Assembly (NCBI GenBank): GCA_019429005.1
Contig: JAHYJR010000001.1
Location: 8,663 to 72,662 of the forward strand
Origin: Nanobdellati archaeon
Lineage (GTDB): Archaea; EX4484-52; GLR71
Direction: 5' to 3'
Length of the DNA stretch: 64,000 nucleotides
The notes beneath the pieces were generated by a model. It saw nothing but the letters and a program-made list of their open reading frames with translations, did not search any database and was not told the DNA's origin. A program made the translations under genes and the position numbers. Below, in pieces: positions 9,978 to 19,978 of the stretch. Each line of letters begins with the position of its first letter. Position 1 is the stretch's first letter.

Positions 9978-10657
9978 TGTTAATTGAGATATTTTTTATA
10001 TCAATAATGACCTACATTTCATATAAATTTAAAATTGAAAAAAAACAAGAATTTGAATTATCTTTACTTGATAAACTTGAAGACATAGCGGATAATATAG
10101 ACTCCAGAGATTCAATAAATACTGCAATTAAAAAAATAATTAAAGATAAAACATATAAAACGTCAAAATATCTTTAAAAAATAATATCAAATATTAATTC
10201 AGGAACATCATTTGAAGATGCAATGAAAAATGCAGCAAAACATGAAAAATCACAATTAATTGAAAATGTTGCAGCAATTTTAATCATTTCTGAAAAAACA
10301 AATGAAAATCTTACAAAAGTACTAAGATCTTTATCAAACCAATTGCGTGATATACATATATTAAAACTAGAACGGATTAAAAAAACAAAAATAACTTCAA
10401 TGACACAATTTATATTAGGTTCTTTTGCTATGCCTTTTATGTTAACCTATATGAATAGAATGTTTGAACTAACTACAACACCATTCCTTATAAATTTCCT
10501 ATTAATTATTGCTATAATTTCATCAATTATCTCAGCAGTATCAAAAGGAAATAGTTTTGAAAGTGCATACTTTATACCAATAGGATTTATAGTTTCGCTC
10601 ATAATTATAACAATAATAACAGGAACAATTCCATATTTTGAAAATATAACACTTTAG
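9977..10657 (+). pseudogene. Type II secretion F / TadB-like protein with an in-frame TAA at 10175-10177
   Basis: ORFs 9977-10177 and 10223-10657 share a frame: SKYL*KIISNINSGTSFEDAMK. Confidence 0.7.
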
Positions 10658-10668
10658 GGTTTTAAATA

Positions 10669-11898
10669 ATGCAAGAGACACCTTCTTTTATCATTGAAAA
10701 TTATGGTAATGTAGGTATATACCAACAAAAAACGTTTGCTGGAATAGTATACACATATTACTTAAAAGAAATAATTCCAAATGAACTTGGAGAACTAAAA
10801 GATTTTTTAGAAGATGACAATCTTGAAGAAATTATGTATATTGGTCCTAAAAACTGTATAAAAGTAATCCATAAACGCTATGGAATGTGTAACACAAATG
10901 TATATATTGACGAAAAAAATAGTATTGAAATAATCAATAATCTTGCAGCACAATCGGGAAAAGTAATAAATCCAAATTATCCCATATTAAATGCACGATT
11001 AAAAGATGGTTCAAGAATAAACGCAACATTACCCCCTATATCAATACATGGACCAACAATGACAATACGAAAATTTAGAAGAGATGTAATAACAGTCCCT
11101 GAACTCATAAAAGAAAATACAATAACATCTGAAGCTGCAGCATTTTTATGGTGTTGTATAGATGGGCTTGGCAATAAACCATGTAACATCTTATTTTCAG
11201 GAGGTACTACAAGCGGAAAAACAACAAATCTTAATGCATTCTCAATGTTTATCCCTGCTGCATCTAGAATAATTACAATTGAAGACACCGCTGAATTACA
11301 ATTACAACATGAACACTGTATCACACTTGAAACTGACGATAAAACAAATATAACTTCAGACATCATACTTAAAAACACTTTGAGGATGCATCCCGATCGA
11401 CTTATCGTGGGTGAAGTTCGTGGTGAAGAAGCGCAAACGTTATTTAATGCAATGAACGCGGGACAAGAGGGTTGTATGGGTACAATCCCTGCCAACACAT
11501 CAAAAGAAACAATAAATCGTGTTATAAATCCACCAATGAATGTTCCGTCAAGCATGCTAACAGGATTAGATCTCATAATTATGCAACAACAAACAATCTC
11601 AAAACAACACATAACCAGACACATAACCGAAATAAGTGAGATAAGTGGTAGTGAAAATGGCATCCCTAGACTTAATACAATCTATAAGTGGAATCCAATA
11701 AACAGGATTCTAGAATCTACAAATATCCCAAGCAGATTAAGAACAAAGATTTCTGAAGCCTCTGCAATAAACACAAAAGAATTTGACAAAATTTTAAAAG
11801 AAAGAACAGATATACTAAAAAGCCTATCACAAAAATCATATAATATAAAATACTTTCTTGAAACAATAAATATAAACATTTCAAAATATGAAAAATGA
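10669..11898 (+). CDS. CpaF/TadA/VirB11-family secretion ATPase, probably degenerate
   Basis: GGTTSGKTT, TIEDTAEL, PDRLIVGEVRG; His box reads GQEGCMGTIPA instead of GHxGxxGTxHA. Confidence 0.85.
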   Translation: MQETPSFIIENYGNVGIYQQKTFAGIVYTYYLKEIIPNELGELKDFLEDDNLEEIMYIGPKNCIKVIHKRYGMCNTNVYIDEKNSIEIINNLAAQSGKVINPNYPILNARLKDGSRINATLPPISIHGPTMTIRKFRRDVITVPELIKENTITSEAAAFLWCCIDGLGNKPCNILFSGGTTSGKTTNLNAFSMFIPAASRIITIEDTAELQLQHEHCITLETDDKTNITSDIILKNTLRMHPDRLIVGEVRGEEAQTLFNAMNAGQEGCMGTIPANTSKETINRVINPPMNVPSSMLTGLDLIIMQQQTISKQHITRHITEISEISGSENGIPRLNTIYKWNPINRILESTNIPSRLRTKISEASAINTKEFDKILKERTDILKSLSQKSYNIKYFLETININISKYEK

Positions 11899-11939
11899 TA
11901 GCCACAAACATTTAAGTAAAAAACAACAAATAATATATT

Positions 11940-13313
11940 ATGGAAGAATATGTAAAACTTATCAAAAATGTACTTGATAAGATTAAACCAACTAATATTG
12001 AAATTAAAAAAAATAAAGATATGTATTCTAAAATCAAAGAATATATAGAATCAAAATTTAAAAAAAATGTCCTTCTTGTAGGTTCTGTTGGTAAAAAAAC
12101 ATTTATATCTGGAGATAATGATCTTGATATATTCGTTTTCTTTAATATAAACACAACAAAAGACACTCTTGAAAAAGAAGGCCTAGATATTGGAAAAGAT
12201 GTTTTCAAAAAGTTTAAAGGTCAATATACAATAAATTATGCAGAACATCCTTATGTAAAGGGAACAATTAACGGTTTTAAAATTGAAATCGTGCCTGCAT
12301 ACAACATAACTTCTACTGAAGTACTCAAATCAGCTGTAGATCGAACACCATTCCACACACAATATGTTCTTGATAATTTGAAAAATCAAAATGATGTATT
12401 ATTATTAAAACAATTCTTAAAAGGAATTGAATGTTATGGTTCAGACCTTAAAACACTTGGTTTCTCAGGATATCTTTGTGAATTGATTATTTTAAAATAC
12501 AAAACATTTGAAAATACATTAAAAATTGCTCAATCATGGACTTATCAAGAAATCATAGATTTAGAAAATCATCACACAAATGAATTCTATAACAAGATAA
12601 AACAGACATTCAAAGACCAACCCTTAATATTTATAGACCCCACAGATAAAAAACGAAACGTTGCTGCGGTATTATCAAAAGAAAAATTCTCAAGATTTAT
12701 ATTTATGGCAAGAATGTTTTTAGATGAACCAAAAAACACTTTTTTCTTTCCTAAAAAAATAAAAATAAATAAAGAAAAAATCATAAATGACTTAAAATTA
12801 CGAAAAACCAAACTAATTGTCATAATATTTAAAAAACCAAATGTTGTTGAAGACATACTTTATCCGCAACTAAGACGATTCAAACAACGTACAATAAATG
12901 TTCTTGAGAAAGAAGGATTCAACATTTTAAACGCACATGAATTTGCAGATGATGATTGTGGTATTTCAATAGAAACACATTATGGTCATCTTGAAAAATT
13001 TAAAGAAACTCTAGGTCCAAGAATTTTTGACCCTTTAGATAACCAAGAAAAATTCACACAAAAACACAAAACAATATGGTTTAAAGAAGACAGATTCATA
13101 TCAGAAATAGAACGAAAACATTGCAAGATTGAGGATTTTATTAAAAACTGGCTTAAACAAGACCAATTTAATCTTGAAAAAGAAGGTGTTCCCCGAAATA
13201 TTGCAGAATCAATATCAAAAAGATTCAAAATAATACAAGATAACAATCTAATAAAAATAAAAAGTGATGAACTTTGGAAAGCGCATTTAAAAGAAAAAAT
13301 AAAAGTATATTAA
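11940..13313 (+). CDS. cca: CCA-adding tRNA nucleotidyltransferase (archaeal class I)
   Basis: VGSVGKKT...DLDIF, YAEHPY, SAVDRTPFH, GFSGYLCEL. Confidence 0.95.
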   Translation: MEEYVKLIKNVLDKIKPTNIEIKKNKDMYSKIKEYIESKFKKNVLLVGSVGKKTFISGDNDLDIFVFFNINTTKDTLEKEGLDIGKDVFKKFKGQYTINYAEHPYVKGTINGFKIEIVPAYNITSTEVLKSAVDRTPFHTQYVLDNLKNQNDVLLLKQFLKGIECYGSDLKTLGFSGYLCELIILKYKTFENTLKIAQSWTYQEIIDLENHHTNEFYNKIKQTFKDQPLIFIDPTDKKRNVAAVLSKEKFSRFIFMARMFLDEPKNTFFFPKKIKINKEKIINDLKLRKTKLIVIIFKKPNVVEDILYPQLRRFKQRTINVLEKEGFNILNAHEFADDDCGISIETHYGHLEKFKETLGPRIFDPLDNQEKFTQKHKTIWFKEDRFISEIERKHCKIEDFIKNWLKQDQFNLEKEGVPRNIAESISKRFKIIQDNNLIKIKSDELWKAHLKEKIKVY

Positions 13314-13320
13314 AAAATAA

Positions 13321-13575
13321 TTAAATCAGTGTACTACTCACTAATTCAACATCAGATATCTCTTCGATTTGATTTATTTTGTCTTCAAGTTCGCCTATAC
13401 CACCATCAGAATCTTCAGTCACAAACATTACAGTAAGTGAATTAAGACCAAATGCAATAGGTTCAATTTTAGAATCTTGAATTTTCATAATTTCACTAAC
13501 TTTAGAAATAAGATTATTCATATCAACCTCAGGAGAGGTAGGCATAATTTTAAATGTTGTTGCGACTTTACCCAT
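13321..13575 (-). CDS. ef1b: Translation elongation factor 1-beta
   Basis: MGKV...KIMPTSPEVD...EPIAFGL; SD GGTGA before ATG 13575. Confidence 0.95.
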   Translation of the reverse strand: MGKVATTFKIMPTSPEVDMNNLISKVSEIMKIQDSKIEPIAFGLNSLTVMFVTEDSDGGIGELEDKINQIEEISDVELVSSTLI

Positions 13576-13593
13576 AAATATCACCAGTAAGAA

Positions 13594-13758
13594 TTACGGA
13601 CCGTTAAAGCCACATTTTTTACAGATATAATCATTTGAAAGAGTTTTACACTTTGAACATCTGCATATTACAACCTCATCACACTTAGGACAAGAAAATT
13701 TGGAGAAGTGTTCTCCCGAAAATATTTCTGAATTACATGTTGTACATTTTAATGTCAT
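13594..13758 (-). CDS. Small Zn-finger protein (DUF1610/HVO_2753-like), not in the ORF track
   Basis: MTLKCTTC...FSCPKC...RCSKCK...YICKKCGFNGP; typical partner upstream of EF-1beta. Confidence 0.92.
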   Translation of the reverse strand: MTLKCTTCNSEIFSGEHFSKFSCPKCDEVVICRCSKCKTLSNDYICKKCGFNGP

Positions 13759-13847
13759 ACTTAACACCATTTTTAAAAATTATCTTTTAAACAAACAACA
13801 TTTATAAGCAAATCTTTATATATTCTATTACAACTCAAAAATATAAT

Positions 13848-13952
13848 GCCTGTATAGGGTCATTTGGATATCCTAAAGCCCTGCGAAGACTTTAACGCGA
13901 GTTCAAAAGACAGAAATTAAAATATCTGTCTGAATACATCTCGCTCCGAGCA
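13848..13952 (+). tRNA. tRNA-Arg(GCG) with a 31-nt T-loop intron (13907-13937); stems contain mismatches, possibly pseudo
   Basis: Loop CTGCGAA; BHB GTTC/GAAT with AAA and ACA bulges; splicing restores GCGAG-TTCAAAT-CTCGC. Confidence 0.7.
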
Positions 13953-14025
13953 TTAAGTACTATACATTACAAAAAAATAAGCAAAATATAAATATACAAC
14001 ATCATAAATATTATCAGTTGATTAT

Positions 14026-14778
14026 ATGAATGACAATATTGACAAAATTAAAAAAGCAATAGGTATTGATTTCAACCATATGCATGGACCTAATCCAAAC
14101 ACACCACAACAAATGCAACCAAATAACATGCTAAATAATCAGCAAATAAGACAACAAAATCCTATAACACAAACAGCACCGCAAAACAGACCACCACAAC
14201 AAATGCAACCAAATAACATGCTAAATAATCAGCAAATAAGACAACAAAATCCTATAACACAAACAGCACCGCAAAACAGACCACCACAACAAATGCAACC
14301 AAATAACATGCTAAATAATCAGCAAATAAGACAACAAAATCCTATAACACAAACAGCACCGCAAAACAGACCACCACAACAAATGCAACCACAAAACCAA
14401 ACACAACAACAGAATAAAACAGAAACAAAACATGAAAATACACATCAAATTAAAAAGGAATCACCAACAACACTTTTTGCTAAAATAGACAATCATTTAG
14501 AAATACGTAACAACACACTAAAAATAAGACAAAACATGAAAAAAATGATTGAAACAATAGCATTTCTTGCAGAAGCTGAAAAAATAAAAGAAGAAGCAAT
14601 CAAAAAAATGGAAATTGACATAAAAACACTTAAAGAAAAATTAGATTTAATAGATAGAGAATTAGTTTCTCCAGAATATGCAAATCGAAACTATGAAACA
14701 AACAATTCATTCCAAGATCTTGATGGTTTACGTACAGATATAGCATCATTAAAATTGAACTTATCCACATTAAGATAA
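14026..14778 (+). CDS. Hypothetical protein with Q/N/P-rich repeats and C-terminal coiled coil
   Basis: Long ORF; 30-aa repeat; helical C-terminus. Confidence 0.75.
   Translation: MNDNIDKIKKAIGIDFNHMHGPNPNTPQQMQPNNMLNNQQIRQQNPITQTAPQNRPPQQMQPNNMLNNQQIRQQNPITQTAPQNRPPQQMQPNNMLNNQQIRQQNPITQTAPQNRPPQQMQPQNQTQQQNKTETKHENTHQIKKESPTTLFAKIDNHLEIRNNTLKIRQNMKKMIETIAFLAEAEKIKEEAIKKMEIDIKTLKEKLDLIDRELVSPEYANRNYETNNSFQDLDGLRTDIASLKLNLSTLR
14102..14391 (+). repeat. 90-bp coding tandem repeat x3.2 (PPQQMQPNNMLNNQQIRQQNPITQTAPQNR)
   Basis: Identical copies at 90-bp period. Confidence 0.95.
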
Positions 14779-14829
14779 TTAAAAAAAGCACACATATTTA
14801 AAAAGTTGACTTATCAAATATTTCTTTAT

Positions 14830-14936
14830 GCAGGGATCGCCAAGCTTGGTCAACGGCGATGGACTCAAAAAAAATAGATTAAATTGAGAGATCCATTCAC
14901 TTAGTGTGTACGAGGGTTCAAATCCCTTTCCCTGCA
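14830..14936 (+). tRNA. tRNA-Leu(CAA) with canonical 37/38 intron (14870-14890)
   Basis: GCAGGGA/TCCCTGC, long variable arm, BHB CTCA/TGAG. Confidence 0.9.
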
Positions 14937-15167
14937 TTAATATTTTATTCTAGCACACACAAAAATACATACTATATACAAGATAAAAACTCTAAAAGAT
15001 ATTAATATTTTTTAAAAGTTTTAATTCTTAAATTAATATTTAAAAAGAATATAAAGTTAAGAACTAATCCTTGTATATCAATTACACAACACTCTATAGT
15101 TATCATTATCTCATAGTAAATTATATAAATATTAAAAATCTATATTGATTAACAGTATTTAATTATT

Positions 15168-16466
15168 TTGGTGTTTTTTATGAAAGGTTTAAAAGATGAT
15201 TCAATAACCGTTATTAACCCAGCTTGTACGGGATGTGATAAAAATACACATGAACTTTTTGATTTTAAAACTACAACTATACTTCGAACAGATAAAACTC
15301 AGTATGAAACAACACCTAATCTTTATTTAGAGGACATTAAACCAATTTTAAATAAATATTTTGAATCTGTCATTAACTCAACTTATGATACAAAAAATCC
15401 TGAAAATCATTTGATTTTTGAATTTTGTTTAAAACATACTGATTTAAACATGAAAAAAATCAAAGGTTATGCTAACCTTGCAGAACAAATTGAACAAGTT
15501 GCAAAAACATATGGATTAAAAGTGGAATTTACATATATTTCTACGAAGGATGAATCTATAAATTCAATCCATAAAGGATATGTAAGTGAACATTCTGATA
15601 GTTCACACCATACAGAAATATTTGAAATAAATAATAATAATAATAGTTTTACTAACGATGAACTTGAAAATTGGAATACACAAATTATTACAGAATTTAC
15701 AGATAGTATGAACGACTATTATGATTCAATTTTACATTCAAAAGCTCTTGAAATTTCAAAATTGACCACAAAAACATTTAATCATTATGTTGATAAATCA
15801 ATAGAACAATTAAATGGCTTTGAACTTAGAGAATCGACTAAAAAAGAACTTAATCGTGTTAATGATCTTTTTTCTAGATATTCTGATGAAACTCAACAAT
15901 TTTTAAATTCGATTAACCTTATAGATACAAAAATAAAAAAATTGAAAAGCACACTCAATCCTAAAAATGATTTAGAAGAAGACAAAGGAGAACGCAAATT
16001 AAAAACAACAGAATATCGCGACTTAACTAAACTAAAAACATTTACCAAAGAAAAATTCTTAAAAAAAATGCACACACATTTGATTGAAGAATATATTTCT
16101 AAAACAGATAATAACCTTATTAGTTTAGTGAATTATGAAAAAAAACATATTTTGAATATACAAGAATCAATAACTAGAGATTTTGAACATTTAACAAATA
16201 AAGATCAATTTCTTCATGATTTTTTAAAAGGCCTTCTAGTACAGGAATTAAAAAGCACGCTTAAGGATAATGAATTTGAATTCAAATATGATATTATGGA
16301 CAATTTCAGTAAAAACTATGAAAACTCAGATGAAAAACATAAAGGATTACATGAAAATAAAGTTGTTATAAGTAATAACCGTGGAGAAGATCATCTCAAA
16401 AGATATCAAATAAATTATTTTGATAATGGAATAACAAATCTTGCATTATTAATAAAAGAATATTAA
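15168..16466 (+). CDS. Hypothetical protein
   Basis: 432-aa ORF, no recognisable motif. Confidence 0.7.
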   Translation: MVFFMKGLKDDSITVINPACTGCDKNTHELFDFKTTTILRTDKTQYETTPNLYLEDIKPILNKYFESVINSTYDTKNPENHLIFEFCLKHTDLNMKKIKGYANLAEQIEQVAKTYGLKVEFTYISTKDESINSIHKGYVSEHSDSSHHTEIFEINNNNNSFTNDELENWNTQIITEFTDSMNDYYDSILHSKALEISKLTTKTFNHYVDKSIEQLNGFELRESTKKELNRVNDLFSRYSDETQQFLNSINLIDTKIKKLKSTLNPKNDLEEDKGERKLKTTEYRDLTKLKTFTKEKFLKKMHTHLIEEYISKTDNNLISLVNYEKKHILNIQESITRDFEHLTNKDQFLHDFLKGLLVQELKSTLKDNEFEFKYDIMDNFSKNYENSDEKHKGLHENKVVISNNRGEDHLKRYQINYFDNGITNLALLIKEY

Positions 16467-16596
16467 CTTAGTAAATTAATTTAGAATTGAAATAATTTAT
16501 ATTGAAAAATAAAGAATTTTAAACCTTAAAAATCAGATATGAAAATATAACAAACTGAAAAGAACATTTTGAAAAATGGTTAACATACTTATAAGT

Positions 16597-17193
16597 TTAT
16601 AATTTTTCGATTAAATCCCCACCTGGAGAAACTTCTGAAAACACCTGTGCCTGAAACTTAAACACAGATACATCTTCATCTTTATACGCATCTTTTTTAA
16701 ATCCGGCCTTTAAACAAGTGTTTTCAAGAAAACTAAGTGCATCCATATTATTATCCGTTGCAACTTGAGGCAATAAAAGACCAGAATCAATGGAGTTCTG
16801 AACAATAAGTCCATCTTTACCGATACAAATATTTTTGATATAATCTAAAGATTCTAATCCATTAACATCAATCAATTCTGGAACCGTTAATACAGATATT
16901 TCAATAATAACCGAACCAGCATCCCTTTGTGTTAACGGCTCAAAACGAGAATCATCAAAAGCAGCAGATTTTGCAACAGTGCAAACAGCCTCAGATAATT
17001 CATAAACAGGATATGGAAACCCAACACAACCTTTAAGATCATGTGTTTTGTAATCCAAAAAAGTGACAAAAACACCATGTTTATTTTTTAAAAAATCAGA
17101 ATTTACATTTAAAACAGTACCAGACACATTTAAACCAAAAACAGATTCTCTTGAAAGTTTTACAAGTATCCTAAATTCATCAATAGACAACAT
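16597..17193 (-). CDS. AMMECR1-domain protein (TIGR00296-like)
   Basis: GVFVT...LKGCVG, AAFDDSRF, IEISVLT, SGLLLPQVA, CLKAG. Confidence 0.92.
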   Translation of the reverse strand: MLSIDEFRILVKLSRESVFGLNVSGTVLNVNSDFLKNKHGVFVTFLDYKTHDLKGCVGFPYPVYELSEAVCTVAKSAAFDDSRFEPLTQRDAGSVIIEISVLTVPELIDVNGLESLDYIKNICIGKDGLIVQNSIDSGLLLPQVATDNNMDALSFLENTCLKAGFKKDAYKDEDVSVFKFQAQVFSEVSPGGDLIEKL

Positions 17194-17232
17194 ATTTATA
17201 TAATTAACTAATTAAAATTAATAAGTTTACCT

Positions 17233-17309
17233 GGGCCGGTGGTCTAGTTGGTTATGACGTTGCCCTTACAAGGCGAAGATCGCCAGTTCAAATCTGGCTC
17301 GGCCCACCA
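17233..17309 (+). tRNA. tRNA-Val(TAC), CCA encoded
   Basis: GGGCCGG/TCGGCCC, arm TTGCC-CTTACAA-GGCGA. Confidence 0.95.
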
Positions 17310-17327
17310 ATTTAAAAGGCAATTCAT

Positions 17328-17858
17328 ATGAATACCTTAATTCTCTTAATTATTCAAGCAATGTGGTTTATATTGCCTGCATACATTGCAAATCCAACAC
17401 CAGTTCTCTTAAAAGGCACACATCCAATAGATTTAGGGAAAAAATTCAGAGACGGTAACCCTATTCTCGGTAAAGGCAAAACGTGGGAAGGTTTGCTAGG
17501 GGGCACTATCACAGGTGGCCTAATAGGCTTGATACAAGGACAATTATGGCACACATATTCACTTGAAATTTATGGTTTAACTGAAATGACAATGGGTCTT
17601 GGTATTGTCCTTGGTTTCGGTGCATTATTTGGAGATCTTCTTGGAAGTTTTATAAAAAGACGATATAATGTCAAACGTGGAGAACAATTCCCAATATTAG
17701 ACCAATTAGATTTCATAATTGGTGCATACTTCATAACGTCATTTGTAATTGACATCAAATTTGATTGGATTCTTATTTGGGTAATAGTGACGCCAGCAAT
17801 ACATAAAACTGCAAATTATATAGCATACAAGCTTAAATTAAAAGATGTACCTTGGTAA
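17328..17858 (+). CDS. carS: CDP-archaeol synthase
   Basis: PAYIAN, PIDLG, GKGKTWEG, GDLLGSFIKRR, DQLDF, KDVPW. Confidence 0.93.
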   Translation: MNTLILLIIQAMWFILPAYIANPTPVLLKGTHPIDLGKKFRDGNPILGKGKTWEGLLGGTITGGLIGLIQGQLWHTYSLEIYGLTEMTMGLGIVLGFGALFGDLLGSFIKRRYNVKRGEQFPILDQLDFIIGAYFITSFVIDIKFDWILIWVIVTPAIHKTANYIAYKLKLKDVPW

Positions 17859-17895
17859 ATCTAAAATTAATTAAATAATTAATTAATTAACAACT

Positions 17896-18684
17896 TTAAA
17901 ATGAAATTATCTGAAGCAAATCGCGAAGTCCTGTAATCAACCCTAAAGTGAAAATCACAAGCTTAAAGAACTTTTTCTCTTCTTCAGTATCTGAATACAA
18001 ATCAATAAAATAAAGTGCAACAAGCACAACAGAAATCTTCAAAGGAAACATTATCGCAGGTCCAAAAATATTTATAAGAAATAATGGAAGCACATGTTTT
18101 TCCACAAAACCAAAATAATTAATTCCAACAAACGTTGCAGTTGCATCAAAAAGCTGAGACATTAAAACAATTACATTAATATCTGTCAAAAGCTTTGGAA
18201 ATGATTTGCGAACAGATAAAACTGCAAATAAACAAATTGCAAAAATTACAACAAAATATAAAAATCCAGACAAATTCACAAAAGGTATTCTAACAATATT
18301 AAATAACGATATCAAAAAACCAGAAGGTAACCATATCGAATTATAAGAAATGCCATATAAGTTCTCAAGATATTTTGAAATTACAAGTGTAAAAAAAGCA
18401 CTACCACAGATAACAACAGCAAGTCCAGGCGTTACCGCCCAAATCGTATCATAAATGCCAACATCTTCAAGAACACGTATTGCAGATGCTGCAACAATCC
18501 ATCCCGACCAACCTAAAATAAAATTAAGATCCATATTAATTTTCTTTTTCTGAATAAAACTAAAAACAAAAAACATAAACGCAATAAAAATGATTGCATA
18601 CACAGTTGTATTTACAAGATTATAACCAGTATCATTAAACCACGGCTGTATTATTGTATTGTTTAAAGATTCAGAAAAAGACAT
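17896..18684 (-). CDS. DUF63-family membrane protein
   Basis: GYNLVNT, RVLED, FDATAT, EKHVL, GLRD. Confidence 0.85.
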   Translation of the reverse strand: MSFSESLNNTIIQPWFNDTGYNLVNTTVYAIIFIAFMFFVFSFIQKKKINMDLNFILGWSGWIVAASAIRVLEDVGIYDTIWAVTPGLAVVICGSAFFTLVISKYLENLYGISYNSIWLPSGFLISLFNIVRIPFVNLSGFLYFVVIFAICLFAVLSVRKSFPKLLTDINVIVLMSQLFDATATFVGINYFGFVEKHVLPLFLINIFGPAIMFPLKISVVLVALYFIDLYSDTEEEKKFFKLVIFTLGLITGLRDLLQIISF

Positions 18685-18781
18685 AATATATTATGCCTAA
18701 ATTAACTATAAATATCTATATATTTGACAAAAACATATAACCGAAAAAAAAAGAAATAAAAAAATATAGAAAACAAAAAAA

Positions 18782-19429
18782 CTAAATATCAAACAATTTC
18801 TTAAGTCTCAAAGAATACCATCTTATAATCGAACGTGTAGTTATATTTTTACCAAAAAGTTTAGTATTTCCACGTCTGACTTCTTTCAAAGCTCCAGAAA
18901 TATTATCCGCTTTAACAGAAGTATACACATTACCAATTTCAGAAAGTGTATGTGCATCACTGCCTGCAACCTTTGAGATATTATGTTTAACAGCTAAATT
19001 TTGAGTTATCCCATTCCCAATAAATGTCCGTGCATTAAATACTTCTACAGCATCAAACTTATAATCAATAAACTTGCGACCCACACCCCTATGATACATA
19101 AAAAAAGAATACGGATGTGCTGCAATAGCAATACCACCTTGATCATGAATACTATCAATAGTCTCCAAAATAGTCCTTTTTGGTTTTATTGGTTCAGAAA
19201 TATCAAGTGCTAATATATCTCCTGAAATCGTTTTTACTTCACATCCTAAAATAACAGGAAAATTATATTTTTTACTCATCTGTTTTGCAAGTGTATGACC
19301 TTTTATTGTGTTATGATCTGTTATCGCAATACAGTCAAGACCTACTTGTTTAGCACGTAAAATAGCATCTTTTATTTCAATAAAACCGTCAGAAGAATAT
19401 ATTGTATGTGTATGGAAATCAATCTTCAT
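18782..19429 (-). CDS. PHP-domain phosphoesterase
   Basis: DFHTHT..S.DG, AITDHN, AHPY, GSDAH. Confidence 0.92.
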   Translation of the reverse strand: MKIDFHTHTIYSSDGFIEIKDAILRAKQVGLDCIAITDHNTIKGHTLAKQMSKKYNFPVILGCEVKTISGDILALDISEPIKPKRTILETIDSIHDQGGIAIAAHPYSFFMYHRGVGRKFIDYKFDAVEVFNARTFIGNGITQNLAVKHNISKVAGSDAHTLSEIGNVYTSVKADNISGALKEVRRGNTKLFGKNITTRSIIRWYSLRLKKLFDI

Positions 19430-19617
19430 TAAAAAACCTTAAAAACATTTAATAAACTAAATATAATTCAATATAAAATATAATACATCTATTAAAATAT
19501 AAACCTATTAAAATAAACCCACTAAAAGATAACAGATTTAAAATAGATAAATTATACTATATATTAATAGATTATTAAAAATATTAAAATAACCTATTTA
19601 TTTAAAAATAAATCTTT

Positions 19618-19965
19618 GTGATAAAAATGAAACAGGCAATTATTATACGTTCTGACATAAAACTTTCAAAAGGTAAAATAGCTGCACAAGCAGCACATGC
19701 ATCACTTGAAGCTTATAAAAAAACAACATTCTTGAATAAAGCTGCATGGGAACTTCAAGGCCAAAAAAAAGTAGTATTGAAAGTAAACAGTGAAGAAGAA
19801 CTAATATTAATTTTTGGTAAATGTAAAAATGAAAAATTACCAGTTTCAATCATAAGAGATGCTGGAAAAACACAAGTAACGCCCGGCACACTTACAGCTG
19901 TTGGTATTGGTCCTGCAAAAGAAGCAGAAATTGATAAAGTTGTAGGAAAACTTAAACTATTATAA
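19618..19965 (+). CDS. pth2: Peptidyl-tRNA hydrolase Pth2
   Basis: GKIAAQAAHAS, GQKKVVLK, DAGKTQ, TAVGIGP. Confidence 0.95.
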   Translation: MIKMKQAIIIRSDIKLSKGKIAAQAAHASLEAYKKTTFLNKAAWELQGQKKVVLKVNSEEELILIFGKCKNEKLPVSIIRDAGKTQVTPGTLTAVGIGPAKEAEIDKVVGKLKLL

Positions 19966-19978
19966 TACGGTTTTAAAT

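Noticed and set aside
9843-10177. Stop-codon reassignment explaining in-frame TAA/TAG
   Set aside because: TAA and TAG end many conserved genes at expected positions; interrupted genes show other decay signs
10977-11663. 228-aa minus-strand ORF and other antisense ORFs in the track
   Set aside because: Shadows of recognisable genes on the opposite strand
19430-19617. Degenerate CTATTAAAAT repeats as origin boxes
   Set aside because: Low-complexity AT sequence with no G-string ORB motif and no cdc6 nearby
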